NCBI GenBank assembly: GCA_964236945.1
Contig: CAXSGC010000001.1
Location: forward strand, 107,341-171,340
Direction: 5' to 3'
Length of the DNA stretch: 64,000 bases
Source of the DNA: an uncultured Acidobacteriaceae bacterium
GTDB lineage: Bacteria; Acidobacteriota; Terriglobia; Terriglobales; Acidobacteriaceae
Shown: one piece after another, positions 1-9,989 of the stretch
How positions within the stretch are numbered: the first letter of the stretch is position 1
Layout: each line of letters starts with the position of its first letter
Notes under the pieces: generated by a model
Databases searched by the model: none
Seen by the model: the letters and a program-made list of their open reading frames with translations, nothing else
Told to the model about the DNA's origin: nothing
Translations under genes and position numbers: made by a program

Positions 1-728
1 GCCATGAGGTTTTTGGGGTCGGCGGCTACGGCGGCCTTCTGCTGTTCGAGGGCGGCGGAGAGATCGCCCTTGCGCTCGAGCATGGACGCGAGGACAAGGT
101 GGGCGGTGAGGTTTTTGGGGTCGAGGGAGACGGCCTGGCGGAGCTGCTGTTCGGCGGAGCCGGAGGTTGCGGGATCGGAGCCCTGGAGGAGGCCGAGGGC
201 GGTGTGAAAGGCGGACCGGTTGGGGTCGATGACGAGGGCGTGCTGGATCTGCGCGAGGGCCTCGGGGCGGTTTCCTTTGGAGGCGGCGATGCTGGCGAGG
301 AGGGCGTAGGCGTCGGCGTTGTTGCTGTTGAGGGCGAGGACGGCGTTGGCCTGCTCGGTGGCGCGATCGGCTTGTTTGCCGGCGAGGAGGATATTTCCGA
401 GATCGATGCGGGCCTGGACGTTGTCCGGCTGGAGGGCGACGGTGCGGCTGAGTTCGGCGTAGGCGGGCAGCGGCGAACCCATTTTGAGGTAGGTGGTGGC
501 GAGCTGGTAGTGGGCGTCCGCGAAGTTGTGATCGACCTTGAGGGCGTTGGAGAACTGGATCGAGGCTTCCTTGTACTTGCCTTCAGCGGCGTATCGTTTG
601 CCGCTTTCGAGGTACTTGCGCTTTTGGACGTTGGGGTCGTGATGGCAGCCGGTGGTGGCGCCCAGGGCGAGAACGAGAGCAAAGGCGGCGGAGGTGTGGA
701 GACGGGAGGCGGGGGGGAAGGTTTTCAT
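1..728 (-). CDS. Tetratricopeptide-repeat lipoprotein (PrsT-like, exosortase-locus associated); 3' end runs off the window
   Basis: Read manually on the minus strand from ATG at 728: MKTFPPASRLHTSAAFALVLALGATTGCHHDPNVQKRKYLESGKRYAAEGKYKEASIQFSNALKVDHNFADAHYQLA. Signal peptide with lipobox-like TTGC followed by successive TPR-like helices. Absent from the ORF track because it has no stop inside the window. Confidence 0.85.
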   Translation of the reverse strand, partial: MKTFPPASRLHTSAAFALVLALGATTGCHHDPNVQKRKYLESGKRYAAEGKYKEASIQFSNALKVDHNFADAHYQLATTYLKMGSPLPAYAELSRTVALQPDNVQARIDLGNILLAGKQADRATEQANAVLALNSNNADAYALLASIAASKGNRPEALAQIQHALVIDPNRSAFHTALGLLQGSDPATSGSAEQQLRQAVSLDPKNLTAHLVLASMLERKGDLSAALEQQKAAVAADPKNLM

Positions 729-859
729 TGTGTTTCTTATGTCCTTATCGGCAGCATCTGCCGAAAACTTTAGGGCCCGAGAGAAATATTGTGCTCGATC
801 GTGCGTCTGGTGCCAGGCCGGTCCTCTGAATCGTTGGGGAGGCGACCTCTTTTTCAGCA

Positions 860-1507
860 TCAGACGGGGATAAAGCGGGAGAGTTGCGGGGCCATCAGAC
901 CGGTAAATTTCAGGACGCGATCTTTGGCGGCGTCGACGCTCTCATTGGGGGCGATAGGGGTGATGACGCGGACGAGTGCGCCGTCGGTGCGATTGAGGCG
1001 CATGGCATCGGCGATCATGTAGGCCTTGGAGATGTACTCGTTGGCGATGCTGCGGCCGTGGGCCTGATACCAGTAGAGGACGAACTGGCGGGACTCGCCG
1101 TTGGAGATGACGTACTGGCCGACGCGGTAGGTTTTGCCGTGCGTGTCCTGAAGGTCGGTGTAGCGGGACGACTCAAAGGTCCATCCGGCGCCGGGGAGGC
1201 AGTGCTGGGGGGAGTGGATGGTCTGTCCGGTTCGCTGGGTGGCGAAGTATCCGATAAAGAGGCCGACGGGTGGTGTGCGAGCGGCGGCGGGATCGGTGTA
1301 GACCCGATTGAGGAAGTCGCCCTTGCCGAGGACGCCGAGCACGGCGTCGTCCATGGGGATGTCCTGTCCGGACCAGGGTCCGATGTCCAACGGCATGGCG
1401 CTGACGGGTTCGCTCCGGGGGACGCGGTCGGCGTCGCCGCGGCGATGGAGAAGCAGGGCGGTGGCTGCGAGGAGGAGGACGACAACCCAGAAGCGGGAGG
1501 TTTTCAT
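860..1507 (-). CDS. epsI: Exosortase-associated EpsI family protein
   Basis: Start MKTSRFWVVVLLL at 1507. Contains IHSPQHCLPGAGW, VLYWYQAHGR and TDGALVRV, typical of the EpsI family; directly downstream of the exosortase. Confidence 0.88.
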   Translation of the reverse strand: MKTSRFWVVVLLLAATALLLHRRGDADRVPRSEPVSAMPLDIGPWSGQDIPMDDAVLGVLGKGDFLNRVYTDPAAARTPPVGLFIGYFATQRTGQTIHSPQHCLPGAGWTFESSRYTDLQDTHGKTYRVGQYVISNGESRQFVLYWYQAHGRSIANEYISKAYMIADAMRLNRTDGALVRVITPIAPNESVDAAKDRVLKFTGLMAPQLSRFIPV

Positions 1508-2523
1508 GCTTGTGCCTCCGGTCGGGAACGGTAGACCACCTGCATGAGGCGGTGGAGGAAGTAAAGGCATATCAATGAGATAACGAACATGACCCAGCCT
1601 GAGAACTCGTGAAAGAAGCCGACTGCTTTGGAGGGGTCCCAATATTGCACGCAGAGTCCGGTTCCGACGATGCGGGCGGTATTGGCGGCGACGGCGATGG
1701 GGATGCTGGCGAGAGCGAGGATCCATCGGCGAGCCGTGGTTTTTTCGAGGAAGTATCCGTAGAAGACGGCGAGGGTGAAGAGGCTCATGAGCGAGCGGAT
1801 GCCGCTGCAGGCTTCGGCGACCTCGAGACGCATGATGGGCAGCTGGATGACGTTGCCTTCGCGGTAGACCGGAACGCCGAGGAACGGGAGGAGAAAGCTG
1901 GCGAGTTCGGAGGCAAGGAGCTGGAGGGGGAAGGTGATCTGGTTGAAGATGATGGAAGGAAAGGGGATAGCGAGCAGGAGGACGGCCAGGGGAAAGCGTA
2001 CTTCGCGGAGCATGGCGGAGCCGAAGAAGGTCCAGACGATGCCGGCGAGGATGAGGACAAAGGAGGTGCGGGAGAGGAAGAGTTCCGCGCCGAAGACGCC
2101 GAAGATGACAAAGAGGATGCCGAGAAGGAGGAGGCTGAGGCCTGCCCAGGAGGGGCGGACGGGGGTGTTGCGGATGGCTGAGCGCTTATCCCAGAGCAGA
2201 AAGAGGGAGAAGAAGGGCACGATAAAGCCGTGCGAGAAGTCGGGGATGTTGTACCAGTCGGTGACGAGCTTGACCGCGATGCGGAAGTAGATGGCGACGA
2301 GGAGGAGGGCGATGAGAGCGAGGGCGGCCCAGGTGGAGGGCGTGAGTTTGGACGAGCGGATGGGATCCGGAGCCGGGTTGCGGTCTGGATCGAGGTCTGG
2401 ATCGAGGTCTGGGCTGCGGTCTGGACTGAGGTCTGAATTCAGATTGGGGACGGAAGACCGGGGTGAGGCCGGCGAGAGCACCGCGGCATAGGGCTCGGTC
2501 TGAACGCTGGGAGCAGCGGTCAT
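1504..2523 (-). CDS. Exosortase (EpsH/Xrt family); alternative GTG start at 2601
   Basis: Multi-TM protein with DFSHGFIVP, EVAEACSGIRSL (catalytic Cys), ANTARI (Arg) and FFHEFSG (His). Confidence 0.93.
   Translation of the reverse strand: MTAAPSVQTEPYAAVLSPASPRSSVPNLNSDLSPDRSPDLDPDLDPDRNPAPDPIRSSKLTPSTWAALALIALLLVAIYFRIAVKLVTDWYNIPDFSHGFIVPFFSLFLLWDKRSAIRNTPVRPSWAGLSLLLLGILFVIFGVFGAELFLSRTSFVLILAGIVWTFFGSAMLREVRFPLAVLLLAIPFPSIIFNQITFPLQLLASELASFLLPFLGVPVYREGNVIQLPIMRLEVAEACSGIRSLMSLFTLAVFYGYFLEKTTARRWILALASIPIAVAANTARIVGTGLCVQYWDPSKAVGFFHEFSGWVMFVISLICLYFLHRLMQVVYRSRPEAQA
2384..2443. repeat. Five degenerate 12-bp tandem units in the exosortase N-terminus (encode DLSPDRSPDLDPDLDPDR)
   Basis: TCTGGATCGAGG x2, TCTGGGCTGCGG, TCTGGACTGAGG, TCTGAATTCAGA. 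Confidence 0.8.
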
Positions 2524-2859
2524 GTTCAGTGCATTCTGCTCCAAAGCTGTTTCCTCCGAGGACTTCTGCTTCTGTTTGGCCGCCTGCCGTTCCGGTCGCA
2601 CCGGAGTTCAGGGAGCGCTTGCACTGGGAGTATACCCCCCGGGGGAGGACAATTTCGCGGGAGATGACGGCGACTGTCGCACTTTAGTTGTACGAGGCGG
2701 GGCGAATTGTGATCGTGTTTGGGAGCTACGTCGCCTATACTTGGGACCTGACCGGGAGTGTTTCCAGCACGGATGTGCCTCTGCTTGTAACGCAACAGGG
2801 AGGCGAACGCACTTTTTTGTGGAGTTTCGGGTCTGTATAGGGGAGGAAGAGCGGGACGC

Positions 2860-3813
2860 ATGAAGACGCTGGCGAGTCACGGCACGGAAGAGGAGCTCGG
2901 GGGCAAGTTGCGCCGGGGGGTTCGGCCGCGGAGTTTACGGCTTTTCTGCTCTTCTATTGGCATTTTCGGGAATTCTGGCTGGTTTTCCGGGCGTTCTGGA
3001 AATTTTGGACGGAGGCCCGCGTCTGTTTCCGTGACACTGCTGCTGCTGTGGTTTTTCGGGTTAGGGCCAGTGGGTTTCTCTGGAAAGCTGACGCTGGCGC
3101 AGACCTCGTCGAATGGGGTGAGTTCGCCGGCGCCGGGCACGAGTTCGACTCCATCCGGACAAGCGGCTCCGGCGGCGCAGGCTGGGCCGACGTCTCCGGG
3201 AACATCAACTCAAGGGCAGACGACGGCGGCTCCGGACACTGCTCCACCGCCTGGAGGCGCGGCGTTGGGGCCTGCGCCGGCTCAGAGCAGCACTGCGGCG
3301 CCGGCGAGCGGGGGGATTCCGGGCGTCAACAATGAGACCTATGTCATTGGCGCCGAGGACAGCTTGCAGGTGACTGTCTGGAAGGAGCCGCAGCTTTCAG
3401 GATCGTATCTCGTGCGACCGGACGGGATGATCTCCATGGTGCTGTTGAACGATGTAAGGGCGGCCGGATATACGCCCATGCAGCTGTCGGCCGACATTAC
3501 GGATCGATTGAAGAAGCTGGTGCAGAATCCGATCGTTTCGGTTGTGGTGAACTCGGTCCCAAGCCAGCGCATATTTATGGTGGGCGAGGTGGGACACGTC
3601 GGTCCGCTCAGCCTCCTGCCGGGCATGTCGCCGTTGCAGGCGATTGCGACGGCGGGCGGGTTGAGTCCGTATGCAAATAAGAAGCATATCTATATCTTGC
3701 GCGGGACGGGGCCGGCGCAGCAGAAGATTCCGTTCGACTATAAGAAGGCACTCAAGGGCGATAACAGCCAGGGCGTGACGCTGCATCCTGGGGACACGAT
3801 TGTTGTGCCATGA
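2860..3813 (+). CDS. Polysaccharide biosynthesis/export protein (Wza-like, Poly_export plus SLBB domains); true start may be further downstream
   Basis: YVIGAEDSLQVTVWKEPQLSG, VRPDGMISMVLLNDV, IFMVGEVGHVG and LHPGDTIVVP, preceded by a Pro/Ala/Thr-rich linker. Confidence 0.9.
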   Translation: MKTLASHGTEEELGGKLRRGVRPRSLRLFCSSIGIFGNSGWFSGRSGNFGRRPASVSVTLLLLWFFGLGPVGFSGKLTLAQTSSNGVSSPAPGTSSTPSGQAAPAAQAGPTSPGTSTQGQTTAAPDTAPPPGGAALGPAPAQSSTAAPASGGIPGVNNETYVIGAEDSLQVTVWKEPQLSGSYLVRPDGMISMVLLNDVRAAGYTPMQLSADITDRLKKLVQNPIVSVVVNSVPSQRIFMVGEVGHVGPLSLLPGMSPLQAIATAGGLSPYANKKHIYILRGTGPAQQKIPFDYKKALKGDNSQGVTLHPGDTIVVP

Positions 3814-5129
3814 GATCGACGATGCGAAGTTTCCCAATCTGTGGCTTGCTGGTTCTGTCTCTCCGGTTTGCGGTTGGGCAGGCGGCCCCGACGGCGGTTC
3901 CGTCGTCCGGGCCGCGGACCGGTTTGAACATCCCGTGGCTGAACGGCGGTCTGCAGTATGGCTTGAACGCATCGCAGATGTTTCAGACGGGGTACTACGG
4001 TGGGGGCGGTGTGTCCAAGCAGGCCAGCGTCTCGGGCAACCTGGCGTTCTCGACCAAGAGCGAGACGGGGCCGTTCAGCCTGGTGTATACGGGCGGGGTT
4101 CAGATCCCGGAACAGAGCGACATTTCGACGAACTACTTTCAAAGCCTGGCGCTGTCGCAGAGCCTCCTGATCAAGAGTTGGAGCGTGGGTGTGACGGACG
4201 TGGTCAGCTACCTTCCGCAGTCGCCGACGGTGGGGCTTTCGGGCATTCCGGGCACGGGCGATCTTGGGCTGACGCCGGTGGGGATTGGGAGTGAACCGGC
4301 GCAGGATGTCTTGACGACCAATTCGACGCGGGTCAGCAACACGGTGAGCGCAAGCGTTGGCCGGCGGCTTTCTGGACGGGATTCGGTAAGTGGAAGCGCC
4401 GCTTACGGACTTTTGCACTTTTTCGGCGATACGGGGATCGATAATACGCAGATCTCGGCGAGTGCCGGCCTGAATCACCAGTTTGACCCGCGGACGTCTG
4501 CCAACGTCGGTGTGAGCTACGGCATATTTCGCTATGACCTGGCTGGGCACACATCGTTTACGACGCGCGGTGTCAGTGTCGGAGCGCAGCGGCAGGTGAC
4601 GCGGGCTTTGGGGGTTTCGGCCTCGGGCGGGCCGCAGTGGGTCAACAGCTCGGATCAACTCGCGATTCGGTCGCGACTGACGTGGGGAGCATCGGTCGCA
4701 GCCAACTATGCCAAGCGGATCTTTGTGACGCAGATTGCGTACTCGCGCGGCGTGAATGCGGGTTCGGGCGTGCAGACGGGATCGATCTCCGACAGCTTGA
4801 CGGGGTCGCTTTCGCGAAGCTTTGGGCCGAGCTGGTCGACCTCGTTGAACGCCGGGTTTACGCGATCGCAGGGTTTGGCGTCCACGCCGACGGCCGCCAA
4901 TGTGGCTGTGCTTGGGATCGCGAACAATGGTTCGATCAGCGGATTTTACGGGGGCGTGCAGGCATCGCGCCGGATCTCCCGGTCGATTTCGGCGACGGGC
5001 AGCTATACGGCGCTGACGCAGAGTTTGAGCAATGCATTGACAACGCAGGCGACCTTGAACGGTACTGTGCAATCTTTTGCGTTGGGGATTTCGTACTCTC
5101 CACGCCAGACCCATCTTGGGTTCTTTTAA
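3810..5129 (+). CDS. Outer-membrane beta-barrel protein of the EPS export locus
   Basis: Signal peptide, alternating Ser/Gly/aromatic beta-strand pattern, C-terminal Phe; lies between the Wza-like and chain-length genes with a 4-bp overlap. Confidence 0.75.
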   Translation: MRSTMRSFPICGLLVLSLRFAVGQAAPTAVPSSGPRTGLNIPWLNGGLQYGLNASQMFQTGYYGGGGVSKQASVSGNLAFSTKSETGPFSLVYTGGVQIPEQSDISTNYFQSLALSQSLLIKSWSVGVTDVVSYLPQSPTVGLSGIPGTGDLGLTPVGIGSEPAQDVLTTNSTRVSNTVSASVGRRLSGRDSVSGSAAYGLLHFFGDTGIDNTQISASAGLNHQFDPRTSANVGVSYGIFRYDLAGHTSFTTRGVSVGAQRQVTRALGVSASGGPQWVNSSDQLAIRSRLTWGASVAANYAKRIFVTQIAYSRGVNAGSGVQTGSISDSLTGSLSRSFGPSWSTSLNAGFTRSQGLASTPTAANVAVLGIANNGSISGFYGGVQASRRISRSISATGSYTALTQSLSNALTTQATLNGTVQSFALGISYSPRQTHLGFF

Positions 5130-5137
5130 GGAGCTTT

Positions 5138-6670
5138 ATGTTAGGCCACCGCGTTTTGACGATGGAAGATTACGGCACGATGCTGAGGCGGCGCTGGTGG
5201 ATCGTCGCGATTCCGGCGCTGCTGCTGCCGATGCTTGCGTATGCAGCGAGTTATCTGGTTCCGCCGCAGTATGTCTCACAGACTTTGGTGTTGGTGGAGC
5301 AGCAGAAGGTGCCGGAGGACTACGTTCGGCCGGTCCTCACTGAAGACCTGAACTCGCGGCTAGCCTCGATGAGCGAGCAGATCATGAGCCGGTCGAGGCT
5401 GGAGCCGATCATCGAGAAGTACAACCTGTATGGGAACAAGAAGCAGACGATGGACGACCGTCTGGATCTGGTGCGCAAGGATATCGGGATCAAGCCGATC
5501 GGTTCGCGCACCGGAGGCGTTCCGGGATTTTATATCAGCTTCCGGGCCTCGGAGCCGAAGACAGCGCAGCTGGTTTGCGGCGACATTACGTCGTTGTTTG
5601 TGACCGAAAGCCTCCATCAGAGGGAGCAATCGGCTGAGGGGACGACGGACTTTCTGACCCAGCAGTTGAATCAGGCCAAGCGCGTTCTGGACGATCAGGA
5701 CGCAAAGCTGGCGGAGTTCAAGATGACGTACATGGGACGTCTGCCGGGCGACGACGGAACGAACTCGAACATGCTGGCGAGTTTGGGCACGCAGCTGGAT
5801 GCGGCGACGCAGGCGCTGAGCCGGATGGAGCAGGACCGTACGTATATGCAGGCGCTCCTCGCCCAGCAGGTGCACGATCAGAGCCTGGCGGAGACGGGCG
5901 ACCGGCCGGCGGCGGCTCCTGGGGCGCAGCAGACGGAGTTGCGGCAGTTGCAGGCGCAGGAGGCAGAGCTGACGGCGCGCTACACGCCGGATTATCCGGA
6001 CGTTGTGGCGATTCGGCGCCAGGAAGCGGAGCTTCGGCGGCAGATGGCGGCTCCCGTTGCACCGAGCCCGTCGCGCGAGGCGGCACCGCGGTCCAACCGT
6101 CCCGAATCGCCGAGCGTGCAGCAGTTGCGGGCGCAGTTGCGGGCGCAGGAGCAGGCGATCGCGCAGAAGAAGCAGGACCAGATGTCGATCTCCGGGCAGA
6201 TGCGGGGGTACCAGGAGAAGCTCCATTCGAGCCCCAAAGTGGAAGAAGAGTTCAAGAACATGACGCGGGACTACCAGAACGCGCAGAAGTCGTACGACGA
6301 TCTCCTGGCCAAGAAGACGCAGTCGAAGATGGCGACCGATCTCGAGCGGAGGCAGCAGGGCGAGCAGTTTCGCGTGATGGATGAACCGAATCTGCCAGAT
6401 GCTCCGACCTTTCCGCGGCGAAATGTTTACGCGATGGGCGGTTTGGCAGCCGGTTTGCTACTGGGTCTGGGGATCTCCGGCCTCCTGGAGTACCGCGATA
6501 CGGTTCTTCGGAGTGAACGGGATGTCTGGGCGTTTACGAAGCTGCCGACCCTGGGCGTGATCTCGCTGATGGAAGAGCCCCTGGCGGTTCAAAAGCAGGG
6601 CCGACCAAGAATCTTCGGCAGGCGACGAAACGCGGCCGTTCTCCCGAAGCCGCTGAATGTTGGTGGGTGA
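5138..6670 (+). CDS. Polysaccharide chain-length determinant (Wzz/Wzc periplasmic portion, GumC family)
   Basis: SD AAGGAG before ATG 5138; two TM helices flanking a Gln-rich coiled coil; YTPDYPDV and GEQFRVMDEPNLPDAP motifs. Confidence 0.9.
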   Translation: MLGHRVLTMEDYGTMLRRRWWIVAIPALLLPMLAYAASYLVPPQYVSQTLVLVEQQKVPEDYVRPVLTEDLNSRLASMSEQIMSRSRLEPIIEKYNLYGNKKQTMDDRLDLVRKDIGIKPIGSRTGGVPGFYISFRASEPKTAQLVCGDITSLFVTESLHQREQSAEGTTDFLTQQLNQAKRVLDDQDAKLAEFKMTYMGRLPGDDGTNSNMLASLGTQLDAATQALSRMEQDRTYMQALLAQQVHDQSLAETGDRPAAAPGAQQTELRQLQAQEAELTARYTPDYPDVVAIRRQEAELRRQMAAPVAPSPSREAAPRSNRPESPSVQQLRAQLRAQEQAIAQKKQDQMSISGQMRGYQEKLHSSPKVEEEFKNMTRDYQNAQKSYDDLLAKKTQSKMATDLERRQQGEQFRVMDEPNLPDAPTFPRRNVYAMGGLAAGLLLGLGISGLLEYRDTVLRSERDVWAFTKLPTLGVISLMEEPLAVQKQGRPRIFGRRRNAAVLPKPLNVGG

Positions 6671-6675
6671 CCCTT

Positions 6676-7641
6676 ATGTATAACAGTTTCTATCAGTTAC
6701 AGAGCAGTCCGTTCGGTACAAGTCCGGACCCGCGGTTTCTCTACATGATGCCTCACACACGGGAGGCGCTGGCGTGCCTGGAGTATGGGATTTCGGCTCG
6801 AAAGGGCTTCACGGTGCTGACGGGCGAGGTGGGGACGGGCAAGACGACGCTTCTGCGGAGGGCTCTGGGTTCGTTCCACGGGCGCCGTGTGTCGACTGCC
6901 TTTGTCTTCAATCCACGGCTTGATGTGCTTGATTTCCTGGAGTTTGTCCTGACGGACTTCGGGATTGCGCCGGCGACCCGGACAAAGTCGGGGATGCTCT
7001 TGCAGCTGAACCGATGGTTGATTGAGCGGTACCGGATGGAGGAGACCTGCGTCGTTGTAGTCGATGAGGCGCAGAATCTTTCGTGGGATCTGCTGGAGGA
7101 GATTCGGTTGCTGACGAACCTCGAGACTTCGTCCGAGAAGCTCTTGCAGATTGTGTTGTCCGGTCAGCCGGAGCTCGACGAGAAGCTGCGGCACCCGAGT
7201 GTCCGGCAGCTTCGGCAGAGGGTGTCCTTGTGGTGTCGGACGCAGGCTCTGACGGAGGCGCAGACGCACGCGTATGTCGCGGAACGGCTTCGGATCGCGG
7301 GTGCGACGACGCCGCTGTTTTCGGAGGCTGCTTTGGACGCTGTGCACCGGTATAGCCGGGGCATCCCGCGCGTGATCAATCTGTTGTGTGAACACGCCTT
7401 GATTGTGGGATATGTCGAGCAGATCCGGCAGATTTCGGCGGCTGTGGTGGATGGGGTTGCGGGCGAGCTGGAGCTGGACGTGCAGCCGTTTCTGATCTCG
7501 CACTCGGCGATGAACCTGGGTGGGGCGAGTGCCTCGCGGGCGCCGGCCGGTGCTGCTGCGGGAGGTCTGACGGACGTTTCGAACCTGTCGGAGTTTGGGC
7601 CAGAGCTGAGCGTGGAGTCATCCGGGAGGCGAGATCGATGA
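6676..7641 (+). CDS. ExeA/GspA-like AAA ATPase associated with exosortase loci
   Basis: PFGTSPDPRFLY, Walker A GEVGTGKTT, Walker B VVVVDEAQNL, LSGQPEL, SRGIPRVIN. Confidence 0.9.
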   Translation: MYNSFYQLQSSPFGTSPDPRFLYMMPHTREALACLEYGISARKGFTVLTGEVGTGKTTLLRRALGSFHGRRVSTAFVFNPRLDVLDFLEFVLTDFGIAPATRTKSGMLLQLNRWLIERYRMEETCVVVVDEAQNLSWDLLEEIRLLTNLETSSEKLLQIVLSGQPELDEKLRHPSVRQLRQRVSLWCRTQALTEAQTHAYVAERLRIAGATTPLFSEAALDAVHRYSRGIPRVINLLCEHALIVGYVEQIRQISAAVVDGVAGELELDVQPFLISHSAMNLGGASASRAPAGAAAGGLTDVSNLSEFGPELSVESSGRRDR

Positions 7642-8591
7642 GCCGAATCTATGATGCGTTGCAAAAAGCGGAGTCCGAGAAGGGCAGCGGGGCTGTCGCG
7701 ATCGCGGAGCCGAAGCAGGAGCTGAAGTACGCCCGGGCGGCGGTTGCGGAGCTGCACCCGGCACGGCCGGCGGACGTGCCCGAGATGCCGTTGGGCGGGT
7801 TTGCGGCCGCGGTGAATGGACGGGCGTCCGGGGCTGTCGACCTGAGCGCGGTTCCGGCGCGGCCGTGGGCGCCTTCGCTCAGGCAGCTTCCCGCGCTGAT
7901 GGAGCGGGGGCAGGGTGTGGAACAGTTTCGGAGCTTGCGGGCGCGGATTCAGGAGATGCGGGATTTGAAACCGCTGAAGTCCATCCTGATCAGCAGCGGT
8001 TTGCCGCAGGAGGGAAAGAGTTTTGTGGCGGCGAATCTGGCGATCAGCCTGGCTCGCAACAAGCATGCCAAGGTCTTGCTGATCGACGGAGATATGCGGC
8101 GGTACACGCTGCACCAGCTGTTGGGCTGCGACTCCGAGCCGGGGCTGTCGGAGTATCTGGCCGGAAAGGCGACGGTCACGGAGGTGATGCAGCGACCGGA
8201 CCTGTCCCAGGCCGGGATGACAAATGGGTCGGGGATGCGGAAGGCGGGATTTCCTGCGATCACCTTTATCGCTGGTGGAAATGGTGGGGACAAGGCGGCG
8301 GATCTGTCTGGAAATCACCGATTCGAGGAGCTGATTCAAGCCGTTTCACCGATGTTTGACTGGATCGTGGTTGATTCGTCTCCGGTTTTGCCGGTTTCGG
8401 ATGCCGTCAATCTGGCGCGGGCTTGCGATGGTGTGCTGCTGGTGGCGCGCGGCGGCGTGACCGATCTGACAACGGCGCAGCGGGCGCAGAGTGAGTTGAA
8501 AGCATCGAATCTGCTCGGATTCGTGTTGAATGCTGTGGTGAAGGCGCCACAGCTGGGCACGTATTACGGGTATGACCGAGAGAAAGCGTAA
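7638..8591 (+). CDS. CpsD/CapB-family bacterial tyrosine kinase
   Basis: MSRIYDALQKA N-terminus, EQFRSLR, Walker-like PQEGKS, LLIDGDMRR, IVVDSSP and a C-terminal Tyr cluster (TYYGY). Confidence 0.92.
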   Translation: MSRIYDALQKAESEKGSGAVAIAEPKQELKYARAAVAELHPARPADVPEMPLGGFAAAVNGRASGAVDLSAVPARPWAPSLRQLPALMERGQGVEQFRSLRARIQEMRDLKPLKSILISSGLPQEGKSFVAANLAISLARNKHAKVLLIDGDMRRYTLHQLLGCDSEPGLSEYLAGKATVTEVMQRPDLSQAGMTNGSGMRKAGFPAITFIAGGNGGDKAADLSGNHRFEELIQAVSPMFDWIVVDSSPVLPVSDAVNLARACDGVLLVARGGVTDLTTAQRAQSELKASNLLGFVLNAVVKAPQLGTYYGYDREKA

Positions 8592-8612
8592 GGGGCCGAG
8601 AGGAACGACCTG

Positions 8613-9989
8613 ATGATTCGGCTGTTCAAGGTCTACTATCCGACCCGCACGATCGTTCTTCTTGGGTGCGAGGCTCTGATTGTGAGCGGGTCTTTCCTGC
8701 TTGCGACTGCGATGGTGCTCGGCCAGGATACGTTTCTGGTTTTGAACTATGAGTATGGTGCGCTCAAGATTCTTGGTCTGACGATTGTGACGCTGTTGTG
8801 CTCGTACTACTTCGATCTGTACGAGCCGCAGCGCATTTCAGAGCGGTGGGAGATCTATTTTCGGCTCCTTTTGGTGCTGGGATTTCTGTCGTTTCTCTTG
8901 TCCGCGATCACCTATGTGTTTCCCGCGGTGGACATTGCGCATTCCGTTCTGCTGCTGGGGCTCGCCTTTTTGACGGCAGCGCTGGTCGCGTGGAGGAGCG
9001 CGTACGAGTGGATTATCGGGCGCGAGGTGTTTCGCGAGCGGGTGTACATCCTGGGGGCGGGGGAGCGCGCCCAGACGATCCTGCGCATGTTGCGATCGCG
9101 TCCGGATGCGGGGATGGAAGTGGTGGGATGGGACGCGGCGCTGCCTCCCGGGGTGGATTCGCGGGCGGCGTTTGGCGATGTCCTGGATTCGTTTCGAGGG
9201 AGCAAACCGAAGGTCGATCGGGTGATTGTGGCGATGGAGGACCGGCGCGGGGCGCTTCCGGTTCGGGAGCTCCTGAAGCTGCGGTTTGACGGCGTGGCGA
9301 TCGAGGACGCGGGGATGTTGCTGGAGCGGCTCTCCGGAAAGTTGCAGCTGGACGGTCTGCGTCCGAGCAACTTCATTTATAGCGAGGGTTTTCGGGTGAA
9401 GCCGTCGCAGCAGATTGCGCGGCGTCTGGTTTCGACGATGGCGGCGGCGACTGGGCTTCTGCTGTTTCTGCCTTTTTTGCCCGTGGTGATGCTGATGGTG
9501 CGGATCTCGTCGCCGGGGCCGATCTTTTTCAAGCAGACGCGGGTGGGCCTGGGCGGGCGACCGTTCTCGGTGTACAAGTTTCGGACGATGCGGCAGGATG
9601 CCGAGGTGGCGGGCGCCAAATGGGCCACCAAGAACGACCCGCGCGTGACCCGGGTGGGGATGTTTATGCGCAAGACGCGCCTGGATGAGATTCCGCAGCT
9701 CTGGAATGTGCTGCGGGGCGATATGGGGTTTGTGGGTCCGCGACCGGAGCGTCCGGAGTTTGTTCCGTGGCTTTCCGAGCAGATTCCGTACTTCGACCTG
9801 CGGCACATGATCCGGCCGGGGCTGACGGGATGGGCGCAGGTTCGGTACGGCTACGGGTCGACCCTGGCCGAGGCGCGCGAGAAGCTGGAGTACGACCTGT
9901 ACTACATCAAGCACATGTCGCTGGGGCTGGACCTCTTGATCATGTTTGAGACGATCAAGACGATCCTGCGGCGCCGCGGGGCGCAGTGA
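8613..9989 (+). CDS. Priming sugar transferase (polyprenyl glycosylphosphotransferase, exosortase-locus type)
   Basis: N-terminal TM helices; C-terminal Bac_transf motifs KFRTM, DPRVTRVG, RLDEIPQLWNVLRGDM, GPRPERP, PGLTGWAQV, YDLYY. Confidence 0.95.
   Translation: MIRLFKVYYPTRTIVLLGCEALIVSGSFLLATAMVLGQDTFLVLNYEYGALKILGLTIVTLLCSYYFDLYEPQRISERWEIYFRLLLVLGFLSFLLSAITYVFPAVDIAHSVLLLGLAFLTAALVAWRSAYEWIIGREVFRERVYILGAGERAQTILRMLRSRPDAGMEVVGWDAALPPGVDSRAAFGDVLDSFRGSKPKVDRVIVAMEDRRGALPVRELLKLRFDGVAIEDAGMLLERLSGKLQLDGLRPSNFIYSEGFRVKPSQQIARRLVSTMAAATGLLLFLPFLPVVMLMVRISSPGPIFFKQTRVGLGGRPFSVYKFRTMRQDAEVAGAKWATKNDPRVTRVGMFMRKTRLDEIPQLWNVLRGDMGFVGPRPERPEFVPWLSEQIPYFDLRHMIRPGLTGWAQVRYGYGSTLAEAREKLEYDLYYIKHMSLGLDLLIMFETIKTILRRRGAQ

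Noticed and set aside
2765-2782. CAGCACGGATGTGC as a sigma-54 -24/-12 promoter for the export operon
   Set aside because: Lacks the invariant GG, and the spacing to GC is not 10 nt on either strand. No convincing sigma-54 site was found by eye at 729-859 or 19494-19809 either.
2786-2811. TGTAAC-N16-CGCA as an ECF promoter for the export operon
   Set aside because: Weak -10 match with no independent support.
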